Below, piece after piece: positions 27,612 to 36,524 of a stretch of DNA of 64,000 nucleotides. The notes beneath the pieces were generated by a model. It saw nothing but the letters and a program-made list of their open reading frames with translations. It was not told the DNA's origin and made no database searches. The position numbers and the translations under genes were made by a program. Within the stretch, counting starts at the first letter, position 1. Every line of letters starts with the position of its first letter. This DNA is from a virus (lineage: Duplodnaviria; Heunggongvirae; Uroviricota; Caudoviricetes): IMG/VR virus record IMGVR_UViG_2524023210_000007, positions 16,429 through 80,428 of that record, one strand, 5' to 3'.

Positions 27612-28726
27612 AAGCCACGTTAGAACACGCCGCACTGTTGAAGGTGCTCGGCAGGGTGCACCGAATTCTGGAACGCCGCAACACCATTCCGATTCTATCG
27701 AACGTCCTTATCGAGGTCGACCAGGACGTCATCAACGTTCGCGCTACGGACCTGGATATTCTCATAGCCGACCGGATGAAGGCCGAAGTTGCGCGGAAGG
27801 GGGCCACCACTGTCCCCGGGCATATGCTGCATGAGATTGTTCGAAAGATGCCGACCGGCAGCCAGGTCTCAATCGAGGTCGATGAATCGAAGTCGCCGTC
27901 GATGATCGTAAAGTCGGGCCGGTCGCGGTTCACTTTGCAGACCTTACCTGTTTCGGATTTCCCCGATCTGTCGGCGGATGATCTGTCGACATCGTTCTCG
28001 ATGCCGGGCAAAGATCTGTTGCACCTTGTCGAGAAGGCGCAGTTCGCGATCTCGACCGAGGAAACTCGCTTCTATCTGAATGGCATCTTCTTCCATTGTG
28101 CTGGCGGCCATAACGCGCCGACGCTCCGTGCGGTCGCCACAGATGGCCACCGGTTGGCGCAGGTTGAAATTCAACTGCCCGACGGCGCTAAGGACATGCC
28201 TGGGGTCATCATTCCGCGGAAGACGGTGGGCGAGTTGTCGCGCCTGTTCGGTGCCGACGACACCATTCAGATCGAGGTATCGAGAGGGAAGATTCGGTTC
28301 TCGGCAGGCGACATCGTCCTGACTTCCAAGCTGATCGATGGAACCTTTCCGGATTATCAGCGTGTCATCCCCGTCAACAACGACAAGGTGTTGAAGGTCA
28401 TTTGCAAGGACATTCGGTCGGCGGTGGATCGCGTCGCCACCGTCTCCTCCGACAAGGGAAGATCGGTCAAGGTTTCGTTAGAGTACGGCAAGGTCACCCT
28501 GTCGTGCCAGAATCCCGATGCTGGCACCGCTACGGACGAGTTGGAAGCGGAGTTCGAAGGCGCCTCGCTCGAGATCGGCTTCAACAGCCGGTACATCGGC
28601 GACATTCTGGGGGAGATCGACGGCGATGTTCTGACCGTCAAGCTGGCTGATCCCGGATCTCCGACCATCTTCACCGGCAGCGACGCCGGTTCGCTCTACG
28701 TCCTCATGCCGATGAGGGTGTCGTAG
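27608..28726 (+). CDS. dnaN: DNA polymerase III beta subunit (sliding clamp)
   Basis: TTG start after AAGGAG RBS; LKATLEHAALLKVLGRV...TIPILSNVLIE, three-domain beta-clamp-length protein. Confidence 0.8.
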   Translation: MKATLEHAALLKVLGRVHRILERRNTIPILSNVLIEVDQDVINVRATDLDILIADRMKAEVARKGATTVPGHMLHEIVRKMPTGSQVSIEVDESKSPSMIVKSGRSRFTLQTLPVSDFPDLSADDLSTSFSMPGKDLLHLVEKAQFAISTEETRFYLNGIFFHCAGGHNAPTLRAVATDGHRLAQVEIQLPDGAKDMPGVIIPRKTVGELSRLFGADDTIQIEVSRGKIRFSAGDIVLTSKLIDGTFPDYQRVIPVNNDKVLKVICKDIRSAVDRVATVSSDKGRSVKVSLEYGKVTLSCQNPDAGTATDELEAEFEGASLEIGFNSRYIGDILGEIDGDVLTVKLADPGSPTIFTGSDAGSLYVLMPMRVS

Positions 28727-28730
28727 CGTC

Positions 28731-28961
28731 ATGGCAGATTGGCGGAAGATCGAGACGGCGATCGAGGATTACTTTCGTCGCCAAGGCACGCCAGCCGCAC
28801 GAGCGGGCGGTGACCTCTTCGTTGGCGCGATCACCCCAGAGGTCACTCATCGAAGTGCCGACGATGGCCACGCGACGACCGTCCTCACTATCGACGAGGA
28901 AGAAGAGATCGCGTTCGTTTCGTTGAGCGATCTCGCGCGCGAATTGGAGGCGCTGAAGTGA
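28731..28961 (+). CDS. hypothetical protein (76 aa)
   Basis: track ORF; stop overlaps GTG start of C5-MTase. Confidence 0.4.
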   Translation: MADWRKIETAIEDYFRRQGTPAARAGGDLFVGAITPEVTHRSADDGHATTVLTIDEEEEIAFVSLSDLARELEALK

Positions 28962-31327
28962 CAGCGCTTTTTCAGGTCGACATTAACCATGCTCATCTTT
29001 TCTGCGGAGTCGGTGGCGGTGCAAAAGGATTTAACAAGGGCCGTGCAAAGGTCGGAAATCTCGTCGCTCGATTCAGATGCCTTGGCGGGATCGACAGTGA
29101 TCCGGCGGCATGCCGCGACTTCGAGTCGCTGGTCGGTGCCAAAGCTTCCTGCCGCGATCTTTTCTCCCGGGAGCAATATCGGGACTTTCACGGCCACGAG
29201 CCACCCGCTGGCTGGGTCGAGTCGCAGCCGGATGATGTTCGCCGTGATTTCGGCAACGAGCATCCGCATATCTGCTTCCTGTCTGCACCCTGTAAGGGCT
29301 TCTCGGGACTGCTGTCTGAGAAGATGTCCGGGACACGCAAGTACCAGGCGCTGAACGGTCTCACGCTGCGCGGCATCTGGCTTGTGCTCGAGGCGTATAA
29401 GGACGATCCGGTCGAGCTCATCGTGTTTGAGAACGTGCCGCGGATCGCGACGCGGGGTCGCTATCTCCTTGATCAGATCGTCGCGCTGCTGCGTGCGTAC
29501 GGACGCCTCGGACAGAGCCGCAAGCGGTTCCTCCTTGTGGCGCGATACGCCGCAAAGGTTCCGCCATTCGTCTACACGCCGGTCAAACACCCGCTGCGCG
29601 GCGTCGGCGAGATCCTCGAGAAGCTTCCGATCCCCGGCATCATCCCGGGCCTCGGCGGTCCGATGCATAGGATGCCGGCGCTGCAATGGAAGACGTGGGT
29701 CCGGTTGGCGTTCGTTCGCGCCGGCGCCGACTGGCGCTCGCTGAACGATCTTGCGGTGCGGGACGGCCATCTCCGTGACTTCGGGATAGTCCCGGACGAG
29801 GATTGGCACAGAGGCGTGCTCGGCGTTCGTCGATGGGATGACACATCCGGCACAGTGACGGCGCGAGCCAATCCGACGACGGGGGCATTCAGCGTGGCGG
29901 ACCCCCGCGAGATCCGCGCCCAGGACTTCCACGGTCTTAGGGTGAATAACTGGAAGGGCACGGCCGCCGCGGTGCCGACACAGCGTAGCCCTGGCTCAAG
30001 CGCTCAATCCGTCGCCGATCCCCGGATCGACGGTCACGAGAAAAGCGTGCAACTCGGCGTTGGTCACTGGGACCAGCCGTCGGCGGTGGTGAAGGGGGAT
30101 GTCTCGGTCGGTACCGGCCGATATGCCGTGGCGGATCCTCGACTCGAGCGCGAGGTCTTCAACTCGACGTTCCGCATCGTCTCCTGGCCGGAGACATCGC
30201 CAGCGATCGCCGGGCCTGGTGGTGCTGGTGGCGGGCTCGCCGTCGCGGACCCGCGTCCGGCGCAGCGGGATGACTACAAGCAAACCAAATATCGGGTGAC
30301 TGGCTTCGATGAGGCCTCCGGCGCGGTCATCGGCGCCTCGACCACCGGCACCGGAGCTTTCGCTGTCGCGGATCCCCGCCACCACAACTGGCATCCCGGC
30401 GCGTCGAGTTCGAAAGAGCGCGTCACGGCATGGGATGAAACGGCGCGTCCGATCACCGGATCTCAGCAGGTGGCGTCGGGTGCCGGAGCCGTTGCTGATC
30501 CCCGGCCAGGCTTTGGGAAGGGAACGCATCACCACGTCTTGAAGGTGACCGGTTGGGATCAGCATGGCGGCACCGTAACGGCGTCAACGCATCCATCTGG
30601 CGGCGCGCTCTCCGTGGCCGATCCGCGTCTCGCCGACGGCACCCGCAATTCCGCGCTGGGAGTCCAGGGCTGGCATGATCACTCCGGTGTTGTAGCCGGC
30701 GAGAGTCATCCGACCAACGGCGCCTTTGCCGTTGCCGACCCACGGCCGGAAGCGCTCTCGGACGAGAAGCGCGATGCCTATCTCACCGGTGGTCACTACG
30801 GTGTCGTGCCTTGGGATGAGCACAGTGGCGCGGTGCCGGCGCACGCTAAAAACAACAACGGGCCATGGTCGGTCGCCGACCCACGCGAGACCGGAGACGG
30901 TCCGACGGACGAGACGGCACCATGGGACAAACTCCCGGCCGCCAATGACAAATTGGTGTGCGTCATCCGTGCCCTGGACGGGACATGGCACAGGCCATTC
31001 ACGACGCTCGAGCTCGCCGCGCTGCAAGGCCTCGTCGACCTCGACGACGAAGAGGAGAGGGCGGCGCTTTCGCTGGATGCGCGCGACCCGGAATGGGTCG
31101 CCCACATCGAGCGGATGAACAACGTGCTGGTGCTGGACGGTGCGTCAGATAGCGCCTGGCGCGAGCGCATCGGAAACATGGTCCCGCCGCCTGCGGCGCA
31201 GGCGATCGCCGGCGTCTTCGGCACCACGCTGCTCGGCGCCTGGTCGGGCCAGACCTTCATGATGGGATCAACACCGATTTGGGTGCGGCCGGTCGCGGTC
31301 GCGCTCATGGCTGCTCAATCCACCTAA
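28958..31327 (+). CDS. DNA cytosine-5 methyltransferase with large tandem-repeat insertion
   Basis: motif I DLFCGVGG, motif IV SAPCKGFS, motif VI FENVP, C-terminal GNMVPPPAAQAIA (motif X); GTG start overlapping previous stop. Confidence 0.75.
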   Translation: MTALFQVDINHAHLFCGVGGGAKGFNKGRAKVGNLVARFRCLGGIDSDPAACRDFESLVGAKASCRDLFSREQYRDFHGHEPPAGWVESQPDDVRRDFGNEHPHICFLSAPCKGFSGLLSEKMSGTRKYQALNGLTLRGIWLVLEAYKDDPVELIVFENVPRIATRGRYLLDQIVALLRAYGRLGQSRKRFLLVARYAAKVPPFVYTPVKHPLRGVGEILEKLPIPGIIPGLGGPMHRMPALQWKTWVRLAFVRAGADWRSLNDLAVRDGHLRDFGIVPDEDWHRGVLGVRRWDDTSGTVTARANPTTGAFSVADPREIRAQDFHGLRVNNWKGTAAAVPTQRSPGSSAQSVADPRIDGHEKSVQLGVGHWDQPSAVVKGDVSVGTGRYAVADPRLEREVFNSTFRIVSWPETSPAIAGPGGAGGGLAVADPRPAQRDDYKQTKYRVTGFDEASGAVIGASTTGTGAFAVADPRHHNWHPGASSSKERVTAWDETARPITGSQQVASGAGAVADPRPGFGKGTHHHVLKVTGWDQHGGTVTASTHPSGGALSVADPRLADGTRNSALGVQGWHDHSGVVAGESHPTNGAFAVADPRPEALSDEKRDAYLTGGHYGVVPWDEHSGAVPAHAKNNNGPWSVADPRETGDGPTDETAPWDKLPAANDKLVCVIRALDGTWHRPFTTLELAALQGLVDLDDEEERAALSLDARDPEWVAHIERMNNVLVLDGASDSAWRERIGNMVPPPAAQAIAGVFGTTLLGAWSGQTFMMGSTPIWVRPVAVALMAAQST
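29820..30910 (+). repeat. intragenic tandem array, 9 units of ~38-40 aa (W-D/H-x-(H)SG-x-V ... G-A-F/L-A/S-VADPR), in the TRD position of the C5-MTase
   Basis: nine occurrences of the VADPR peptide at ~115-120 nt spacing, each encoded GTSGCSGAYCCSCG. Confidence 0.7.
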
Positions 31328-31338
31328 AGGAGAAATCG

Positions 31339-31440
31339 ATGAGCGAGTTTGCCCAATTCGTTGCCACGGTCGCGCTGCTGGCGCCTGTCGCCGCATATGC
31401 GGTCTACCGCCGGTGGTCGAAGTTGAAAGGCAGCACCTGA
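31339..31440 (+). CDS. micro-ORF, 33-aa hydrophobic peptide
   Basis: AAAGGAG RBS 5 nt before ATG; MSEFAQFVATVALLAPVAAYAVYRRWSKLKGST. Confidence 0.35.
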   Translation: MSEFAQFVATVALLAPVAAYAVYRRWSKLKGST

Positions 31441-31450
31441 AGGAAAACAC

Positions 31451-31555
31451 ATGCAGGTCATCGCGGAAATCGTCGGTGGATTGGTCCTGATCGGACTCGT
31501 CCTCGTCGGCGCGGACATCGTCGTCAAACGCCTAACCACCAAGCAGAGGAGATAA
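31451..31555 (+). CDS. micro-ORF, 34-aa hydrophobic peptide
   Basis: AAGGAAA RBS; MQVIAEIVGGLVLIGLVLVGADIVVKRLTTKQRR. Confidence 0.35.
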   Translation: MQVIAEIVGGLVLIGLVLVGADIVVKRLTTKQRR

Positions 31556-31562
31556 TAGGAAA

Positions 31563-32468
31563 ATGCCACAGATAAGATACCGGGACGAAGAGATTTCAGT
31601 TCAGAGCCGAATTGGAGGCTACGTCATCCTTGTCGGGATTGCCGCGTGCGTATTGCTTGGCATGACCGTTCTATTTGGTAGCTGGTACACCGTAGATCAG
31701 ACCGAGCGCGGGGTGCTTTTGCGCAACGGAGCCGTCGTCGGAGTTGCACAGCCTGGACTCGGCTTCAAACTCCCGATGATCGATGGTGTGACGAAGATCA
31801 GCGTCAAGACGTCGACGTACACCTGGGACAAGATGAACTCCTACTCCTTCGATCAGCAGCCTGCTGATCTCAAGGTGAGCGTTACCTTCCGCATATCCCC
31901 CGAGAAGGTATCCGATCTCTACGGGAGGTTTGGAAGTATCGAGACGGCGCTCAACCAAGTCGTCAGCCCGGTCGTGAACCAACAGGTCAAGGTGGTCTTC
32001 GGGCGGTACACCGCGGTGCGGGCGATCCAGGAGCGCGGGGCGCTGAATACGTCGATCAAGGACGCAATCACCGCGACCTTGAAGGACGATCCGATGATCA
32101 TCATCGAGAGTGTGCAGCTCGAGAACATCGACTTCAGCCAGAACTACCTGCACTCGATCGAGCAGCGGATGCTTGCGGAAGTCGAAGTGCAGAAGCTGCA
32201 GCAGAACGCCGAGCGCGAGAAGGTGCAGGCCCAGATCACGGTGACGCAGGCGACGGCGAAGGCCAACGCGATTCGCGCCGAGGCTGAAGCGCAGGCCGAC
32301 GCCATCAAGCTGAGGGGCGAGGCTGAAGCCTCCGCCATCCGGGCACGGGGCGGAGCGCTCGGCGATAACCCTCGTCTCGTCGAACTCGTCCAGGCGGAAA
32401 AGTGGGATGGGAAACTGCCGGTCACGATGGTCCCCGGCGGGGCGACCCCGTTCGTATCCGTGAAGTAG
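31563..32468 (+). CDS. SPFH/band-7 (prohibitin/HflC-like) membrane protein
   Basis: N-terminal TM helix then TVDQTERGVLLRNGAV... band-7 core and coiled-coil tail; AGGAGA RBS. Confidence 0.75.
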   Translation: MPQIRYRDEEISVQSRIGGYVILVGIAACVLLGMTVLFGSWYTVDQTERGVLLRNGAVVGVAQPGLGFKLPMIDGVTKISVKTSTYTWDKMNSYSFDQQPADLKVSVTFRISPEKVSDLYGRFGSIETALNQVVSPVVNQQVKVVFGRYTAVRAIQERGALNTSIKDAITATLKDDPMIIIESVQLENIDFSQNYLHSIEQRMLAEVEVQKLQQNAEREKVQAQITVTQATAKANAIRAEAEAQADAIKLRGEAEASAIRARGGALGDNPRLVELVQAEKWDGKLPVTMVPGGATPFVSVK

Positions 32469-32470
32469 CG

Positions 32471-32551
32471 ATGTCGACGGAAGTCATTCTCGGGCTCTTG
32501 ATGCTGGCGGTCGCTGCCGGCGGCATCATCGCCTGGATCAAACTGTCATAG
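32471..32551 (+). CDS. micro-ORF, 26-aa hydrophobic peptide
   Basis: ATG 3 nt after SPFH stop; MSTEVILGLLMLAVAAGGIIAWIKLS; weak RBS. Confidence 0.25.
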   Translation: MSTEVILGLLMLAVAAGGIIAWIKLS

Positions 32552-32557
32552 GTCGAC

Positions 32558-33364
32558 ATGGCGAAGACACCGAAACCGTTCGAGACAGAAGCCGCTCTTT
32601 GTGCGCGGTTTCTCTCGGCATTGCCAGATGGGTGGACGGCCTATCCGGAGACGGCGGGATGGGACATATTGCTTGCGCGCAATGCTGATGGCTTCCAGAT
32701 CGGCATCGAAGCCAAACTTCGGCTCAACACCGAGGTCATCTCGCAGGCGATTGAGGAATACGGAGCGTTCTCCGCCACCCGACCGGGCCCCGATTGCAGA
32801 GCTGTCTTGGTGCCGGCGTGCGAGCCTGGCGGCTTCGGTCGCATCTGCGAGTACATCGGCCTGACCATTATCTATGTGAGGTCGGAAGCCGAGATCGAGC
32901 AGACGAGAAAGCGGCACTACTATAAGCCGAAAGTCTTTGAGCCCGGCCTGCCGGAGTTGCTTCACGGGCGCAACGAGCAAGAATGGTACGAGTGGGCGCC
33001 AGCGTCTCGCCATAAATTGCCAGACTACGTCCCCGACGTCGTCGCCGGTTCGCCGTCACCGATCCAGCTAACGTCGTGGAAGATCGGCGCGATCAAGATC
33101 GCGATCATTCTGGAGAAGCGTGGCTTTCTGCTTCGCTCCGACTTCAAGCACATCAACATCGACCATCGCCGCTGGCTTCCGTCGGGTAACGGCTGGCTGG
33201 TGCTGGATAGAGGGGCGTATCGAGCCTCGATGGGCTTCCCAGACTTCAAGGCGCAACATCCTCGCGTTTACGGTGAGATCGCCGCGGACTACGACAAATG
33301 GAAGCCCGCTGATCCCGTCGGTCCGTTGCTGCTTCCCGAGCCGAAGCAGGAGCCGTTGATATGA
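32558..33364 (+). CDS. hypothetical protein, possible PD-(D/E)XK fold
   Basis: GWDILLARNADGFQIGIEAKL (D...E.K arrangement). Confidence 0.4.
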   Translation: MAKTPKPFETEAALCARFLSALPDGWTAYPETAGWDILLARNADGFQIGIEAKLRLNTEVISQAIEEYGAFSATRPGPDCRAVLVPACEPGGFGRICEYIGLTIIYVRSEAEIEQTRKRHYYKPKVFEPGLPELLHGRNEQEWYEWAPASRHKLPDYVPDVVAGSPSPIQLTSWKIGAIKIAIILEKRGFLLRSDFKHINIDHRRWLPSGNGWLVLDRGAYRASMGFPDFKAQHPRVYGEIAADYDKWKPADPVGPLLLPEPKQEPLI

Positions 33365-33717
33365 CCGATCGGATCGGCTGCTGCATCTCCGGTTGTGGTC
33401 GCACCTTCAAGCGAGAGCCGGGCGAATCCGAGACGACCGTCGTGATGTGCGGCAGGCATTGGCGCATGGGCGATGACGGCATGCGAAAGCGACACAAACA
33501 ACTGCGGAAGCGGGTGCGTTGGTTCGAGCGAAAGTGGAAGACACGCCGGAACGCGATCGAGCGGGCGCCGAAGGTTTGGGCGAAGTTTCATCGTGCCTGG
33601 GAGAGGGCGTGCGCGGCCGATCATGCGCTGTGGCACCGCATCAAGGAAGACGTCACGATTAAGGTCGCCTTCGGCGCCGAGGATGCGCCGCGTCGGCGCA
33701 GGAAGGAATTGGCGTGA
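33361..33717 (+). CDS. Cys/His zinc-finger protein
   Basis: CCISGC...MCGRHW; basic C-terminus. Confidence 0.45.
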   Translation: MTDRIGCCISGCGRTFKREPGESETTVVMCGRHWRMGDDGMRKRHKQLRKRVRWFERKWKTRRNAIERAPKVWAKFHRAWERACAADHALWHRIKEDVTIKVAFGAEDAPRRRRKELA

Positions 33718-34397
33718 CGATTCACTACCACGGCACGCCGCTGTCTCCGCGCTCCGAGCTCATGAAGATGGCTGGGAAATGCTTCTGCGTCCCGTTCTCG
33801 GATGCGCGGGATGCGGAGACATGCGTTTCGCTCGGTCAGTCCGTGATGTTCGACAACGGCAAGTTCGCGGCCCACACCCGAGGAGCTGTCATCGACACCG
33901 CGAAGCTTTACGCCTGGCTTGAACGCTTTCTGGCTCACCCCCATTGGGCAGTTGTAGAGGATGAGATTGACGGAACAGTCGAACAGCAGCGAGCGATGAC
34001 CGCGCGCTGGCCTTTTCCTCGGGCGTTGTCGGCGCCGGTTTGGCATATGGCGCTCCCGATTGATTATCTGCTTGAACTCGCAGACGAATGGCCGCGCGTC
34101 TGCTTCGGCTCGACAATGCAGTATTGGCAGGTCGGCTCCGGCGCGTGGTGCCGGCGCGCCGACGAGGCATTCAACGCTTTGGCGAAGCGCCACCGTTACC
34201 TGCCTTGGATTCACATGCTGCGAGGGATGTCGCTCGCCGGCGATCGCTGGCCATTTGCGTCGGTGGACTCGGTCAACGTCGCTCGCAACTTCAAGGATTT
34301 CAACCTGGACCCTGAGCGCATGGCGCGGCGCCTCGACGCCGTCCAGTGCAATGGCGTTTGGATCGTTCAACCCGAGCAACAGGATATGTTCACATGA
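33714..34397 (+). CDS. hypothetical protein; candidate TGT/DpdA-like transglycosylase (tentative)
   Basis: translationally coupled to queD; C-terminal ...KRHRYLPWIHMLRG loosely recalls TGT ...RAYLHHL...IHNLRY segment; no firm motif match. Confidence 0.3.
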   Translation: MTIHYHGTPLSPRSELMKMAGKCFCVPFSDARDAETCVSLGQSVMFDNGKFAAHTRGAVIDTAKLYAWLERFLAHPHWAVVEDEIDGTVEQQRAMTARWPFPRALSAPVWHMALPIDYLLELADEWPRVCFGSTMQYWQVGSGAWCRRADEAFNALAKRHRYLPWIHMLRGMSLAGDRWPFASVDSVNVARNFKDFNLDPERMARRLDAVQCNGVWIVQPEQQDMFT

Positions 34398-34771
34398 TGC
34401 CACAAACCATGAAGATCGCCGCCACGTACGGTTTCGAAGCGGCCCACCGGCTGCCTTTGCTGCCGAAGGAACATAAGTGCCACAACCTCCACGGCCACAA
34501 CTATCGCATCGAGGTCGTGGTTGAAGGGCCGGTAGACGAGCGTGGCTTCGTAATGGACTACGCCGAGCTCGATGGGATCGTAAAGCCGGTCGTCGATTTG
34601 CTGGACCACAAGTACCTGAATGACATTCCGGGTCTTGAAAATCCAACCAGCGAGGTGCTGGCCATCTGGTTAAAGACGCGAATCTGTCGGGAGTTTGAGA
34701 CAAATGGCGTAGTCAACAAGAATCTGACCATCCGGATTTTCGAAACGCCGAGGTATTGGGTCGAGGCCTGA
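34394..34771 (+). CDS. queD: 6-carboxy-5,6,7,8-tetrahydropterin synthase QueD (PTPS family)
   Basis: AAHRL...KCHNLHGHNYRIEVVVEG... Cys-x3-His-Gly-His zinc motif and PTPS-length. Confidence 0.8.
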   Translation: MMPQTMKIAATYGFEAAHRLPLLPKEHKCHNLHGHNYRIEVVVEGPVDERGFVMDYAELDGIVKPVVDLLDHKYLNDIPGLENPTSEVLAIWLKTRICREFETNGVVNKNLTIRIFETPRYWVEA

Positions 34772-35883
34772 TGACGCGCAACGACACCGCCGAGATCAAG
34801 AAGCGGCTCAACGAGAAACTGGAAGAAGTCTTGAAGCACTTCTGGCCTGGCTTCGTCACGCGCGGGAAGATGGCGTATTGCGCGCCGGCATCAAAGGCCG
34901 ATCTCGGCTCTTTCATGGTTTACCTCGCTCGAGTCGGTAAGCACGACCGGGGAAGCTGGATCCGCTATTCGGCTGGTATCGGTGGAGACGAGATCAACCT
35001 CTTTGCATATGGTCTGACGGGCAATCATCGCGCGACATCGGAGGACGTCTTTGACCGCGCGCGCGAATTTGTTGGTCTTGAGCGCGGGCGAGAGGAGACA
35101 CCGGAGGAGCGCAAGAAGCGGGAGGACCGTGCTGCTGAGGCCGCCGCGAAGCGGGCCGACGATGATCGCCGCGCGCAGGAGCAGGACCGCGCCAGGACCA
35201 CTACTGCAGGCGGCATCTGGGTGGAGTGCGTCGCGATCACCGGTACGTTGGCAGAGGCCTATCTCGTCGACGCCCGTGGAATCCCCGTTCCGCCGCGCGG
35301 CTGGTACGACTGCCTTCGCTTCCACCCGCGACTTCTGCTTCAGCCTGACGAACCGCCATCGCAATTCAACCAGGCATTTCCTTGCTTGGTTTGCCGAGTC
35401 GACGACGTCTTCGGTGATCTGACGGCGATCTGGCGCATCTATCTCGACCCGAAGAAGCCGGCCAAGGCCTCAATACGCGAGGCGAAGATGGGGTTCGGGC
35501 CAGCTGCCGGCGGAGCGATCAGGCTCGGCGGCCTTGCCGAACATATCGGCGCTGCCGAAGGTACGGAGTCCGCTCTCGGGGCAAACGCGCTGATCAAATA
35601 TCGGTACCCGGTGTGGGCGATGATGTCGACGAGCGGTCTAATCGGCTTCGAGGTGCCGATGGAGGTCGACTGGATCACTGGATTCCCGGACGGGGACAAG
35701 CCCTGGAAGAAGGAAGGGAACGACATCGTCCTCGCCGAGCCGGCGGGACGCGCGGCTATGCGACGGCTAGGCGAGCGGGTGCGCGCACTCGACAAGCGGT
35801 TTGATTGCCAACCGGAGCCGCCAATCCGGACAGACTATCTCGACCTTTATGCTGGACGCCGAAGGCTGATCGAATGCAGTTGA
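34771..35883 (+). CDS. primase-like protein (N-terminal zinc-binding-like region + Toprim)
   Basis: AYCAPASKADLGSFMV (CHC2-like, degenerate) and Toprim-like IWVECVAITGT ... DWITGFPDGD. Confidence 0.5.
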   Translation: MTRNDTAEIKKRLNEKLEEVLKHFWPGFVTRGKMAYCAPASKADLGSFMVYLARVGKHDRGSWIRYSAGIGGDEINLFAYGLTGNHRATSEDVFDRAREFVGLERGREETPEERKKREDRAAEAAAKRADDDRRAQEQDRARTTTAGGIWVECVAITGTLAEAYLVDARGIPVPPRGWYDCLRFHPRLLLQPDEPPSQFNQAFPCLVCRVDDVFGDLTAIWRIYLDPKKPAKASIREAKMGFGPAAGGAIRLGGLAEHIGAAEGTESALGANALIKYRYPVWAMMSTSGLIGFEVPMEVDWITGFPDGDKPWKKEGNDIVLAEPAGRAAMRRLGERVRALDKRFDCQPEPPIRTDYLDLYAGRRRLIECS

Positions 35884-36524
35884 TCACGCGAAAGGAGGCG
35901 GCGCAGGCGAACCTCAAACGCTTCTTTACCGGGAAACCTTGTCGCAATGGGCACGTTGCCGAGCGATTTGTCTCATGCAGCAAATGCGTCGCCTGCGGCA
36001 CTGATCAGAATCGCCGCAACGTGCAGTATCGAAAGGACCGATACGCGCGGCTGCGCGATACGCTGATCGTCAACAGCCGAGCTTATTACGCGGCCAACGC
36101 TGAGCGCCTTCGGGCGTATCGCCGGGACTATTTCACAAGGAACAAGGAAGCCTGCTATCGCTCAGCGATCGATTGGCGCGCCCGTAACCGGCGTCGTCTC
36201 CGTCAATACTACCGCGAATACAAGCGGAACCATCCGCTCCACACCAGGACGGTTTGGCACAACCGACGCGCCAGAAAGGTCGGCAATGGTGGCACGCACA
36301 CCAATGCCGACATCCTGCTGATAGTACGAGAGCAGAAAAACAAGTGCGCCTACTGCCGGCGTGCGCTGACAGGACTGCGCTGGCATCGCGATCATATCAT
36401 CCCGCTCGCGTTGGGCGGGACAAACGATCGGATAAATATTCAGGTGCTTTGCCCGCCGTGCAATTGGCGGAAGGGGGCAAAAGACCCGATCGAATTTGCT
36501 CAATCCATGGGGCTCTTGCTTTGA
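35874..36524 (+). CDS. HNH endonuclease with N-terminal zinc finger
   Basis: CAYCRR...HRDHIIPLALGGTNDRINIQVLCPPCNWRKG. Confidence 0.7.
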   Translation: MQLITRKEAAQANLKRFFTGKPCRNGHVAERFVSCSKCVACGTDQNRRNVQYRKDRYARLRDTLIVNSRAYYAANAERLRAYRRDYFTRNKEACYRSAIDWRARNRRRLRQYYREYKRNHPLHTRTVWHNRRARKVGNGGTHTNADILLIVREQKNKCAYCRRALTGLRWHRDHIIPLALGGTNDRINIQVLCPPCNWRKGAKDPIEFAQSMGLLL

